A DNA stretch of 64,000 nucleotides from Lysobacteraceae bacterium (GTDB taxonomy: Bacteria; Pseudomonadota; Gammaproteobacteria; Xanthomonadales; Xanthomonadaceae), in NCBI GenBank assembly GCA_004297225.1, contig SCUI01000004.1, positions 38,724-102,723 on the forward strand, given 5' to 3'. The number at the start of each line of letters is the position of its first letter. Positions within the stretch are counted from its first letter, which is position 1. A program made the translations under genes and the position numbers. Under the pieces are notes generated by a model. The model ran no database searches, was not told where the DNA came from, and saw nothing but the letters and a program-made list of their open reading frames with translations. This document shows positions 63,191-64,000 of the stretch, piece by piece.

Positions 63191-64000
63191 ATGCCCGCCT
63201 ACCAGATTACCGAACACAAGTACGACATGATCGTGGTCGGCGCCGGCGGCGCCGGGCTGCGCGCCACCTTCGGCCTCGCGCAGAAGGGGCTGAAGACCGC
63301 CTGCATCACCAAGGTCTTCCCGACGCGCTCGCATACGGTCGCCGCGCAGGGCGGCATTTCCGCCGCGCTGGGCAACATGGGCCCGGACGACTGGCGCTAC
63401 CACTTCTACGACACCATCAAGGGCAGCGACTGGCTGGGCGACCAGGACGCGATCGAGTACATGTGCCGCGAGGCGATCCCCGCGGTGGTCGAACTGGAAC
63501 ACCAGGGCGTGCCGTTCTCGCGCACCGACGACGGCCACATCTACCAGCGCCCGTTCGGCGGCATGACCACCGAATACGGCAAGGGCGTCGCCCAGCGCAC
63601 CTGCGCCGCGGCCGACCGCACCGGCCACGCCATCCTGCACACGCTGTACCAGCAGTCGCTGGCCCACCACGCCGAGTTCTTCGTCGAATACTTCGCGCTC
63701 GACCTGATCATGGACGAGCAGGGCGCCTGCAAGGGCGTGCTGGCGCTGGACATGAACGAGGGCACGCTGCACCTGTTCCGCGCCCACGGCACGGTGATCG
63801 CCACCGGCGGCTACGGCCGCGCCTACTTCAGCTGCACCTCCGCCCACACCTGCACCGGCGACGGCGGCGGCATGGCGCTGCGCGCCGGCCTGGGCCTGCA
63901 GGACATGGAGTTCGTGCAGTTCCATCCCACCGGCATCTACGGCGCAGGCTGCCTGATCACCGAGGGCGTGCGCGGCGAAGGCGGCATCCTGCGCAACGCC
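63191..64000 (+). CDS. sdhA: Succinate dehydrogenase flavoprotein subunit, 3' end outside the window
   Basis: Hand-translated as [25 protein letters not shown]...[12 protein letters not shown] (covalent FAD His)...[21 protein letters not shown]. The frame is open to the window end. Confidence 0.93.
   Translation, partial: MPAYQITEHKYDMIVVGAGGAGLRATFGLAQKGLKTACITKVFPTRSHTVAAQGGISAALGNMGPDDWRYHFYDTIKGSDWLGDQDAIEYMCREAIPAVVELEHQGVPFSRTDDGHIYQRPFGGMTTEYGKGVAQRTCAAADRTGHAILHTLYQQSLAHHAEFFVEYFALDLIMDEQGACKGVLALDMNEGTLHLFRAHGTVIATGGYGRAYFSCTSAHTCTGDGGGMALRAGLGLQDMEFVQFHPTGIYGAGCLITEGVRGEGGILRNA

Noticed and set aside
1-64000. Search for tRNA, rRNA, IS transposases, integrases, phage structural genes and restriction-modification or other known defence genes
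   Set aside because: I recognised none in any frame. The only addiction or defence-like module is the Phd/Doc pair.

Overview
This is a densely packed chromosomal segment from a very GC-rich gammaproteobacterium. Gene content suggests Xanthomonadales/Lysobacteraceae (Lysobacter-like), but that is inference and no search was run.

I call about 62 protein-coding genes. I found no rRNA, tRNA, CRISPR array, transposase, integrase or prophage genes.

Recognisable content:
- Several secreted peptidases: M1, M14, M3 (Dcp) and an M35 aspzincin.
- deaD, selO, an ABC-F ATPase (uup-like), a POT peptide transporter, a rhomboid protease, rluF, cspA and cfa.
- An NHEJ operon (small ORF, ku, ligD).
- The SOS mutagenesis cassette lexA-imuA-imuB-dnaE2.
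- fpr, an ABC1/UbiB-family kinase, a DUF488 protein and a NYN/OST-HTH protein.
- A lower-GC Phd(AbrB-type)/Doc toxin-antitoxin pair.
- Class I fumarase.
- A phospholipid-turnover cluster: patatin, pldA, BON-MscS channel, PLD/cardiolipin synthase and DUF456.
- tcdA, tatD, gcdH and a fused E1 alpha/beta TPP dehydrogenase.
- ygfZ, a DUF1674 (SDHAF4-like) gene and the start of sdhCDA.

The most unusual signal is not a gene cluster. It is three families of palindromic repeats plus one unique 24-bp perfect hairpin.
- They occupy gaps between convergent genes.
- They also lie in-frame inside coding sequences: the uup linker, LexA hinge, LigD linker, YgfZ, the DnaE2 N-terminus and the MscS signal peptide.
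- They supply C-terminal codons or stop codons for tcdA, tatD and DUF488.
- This resembles the Rickettsia palindromic element phenomenon.

I did not find a convincing new defence-type operon. All family assignments rest on motif recognition by eye and need HMM/BLAST confirmation.
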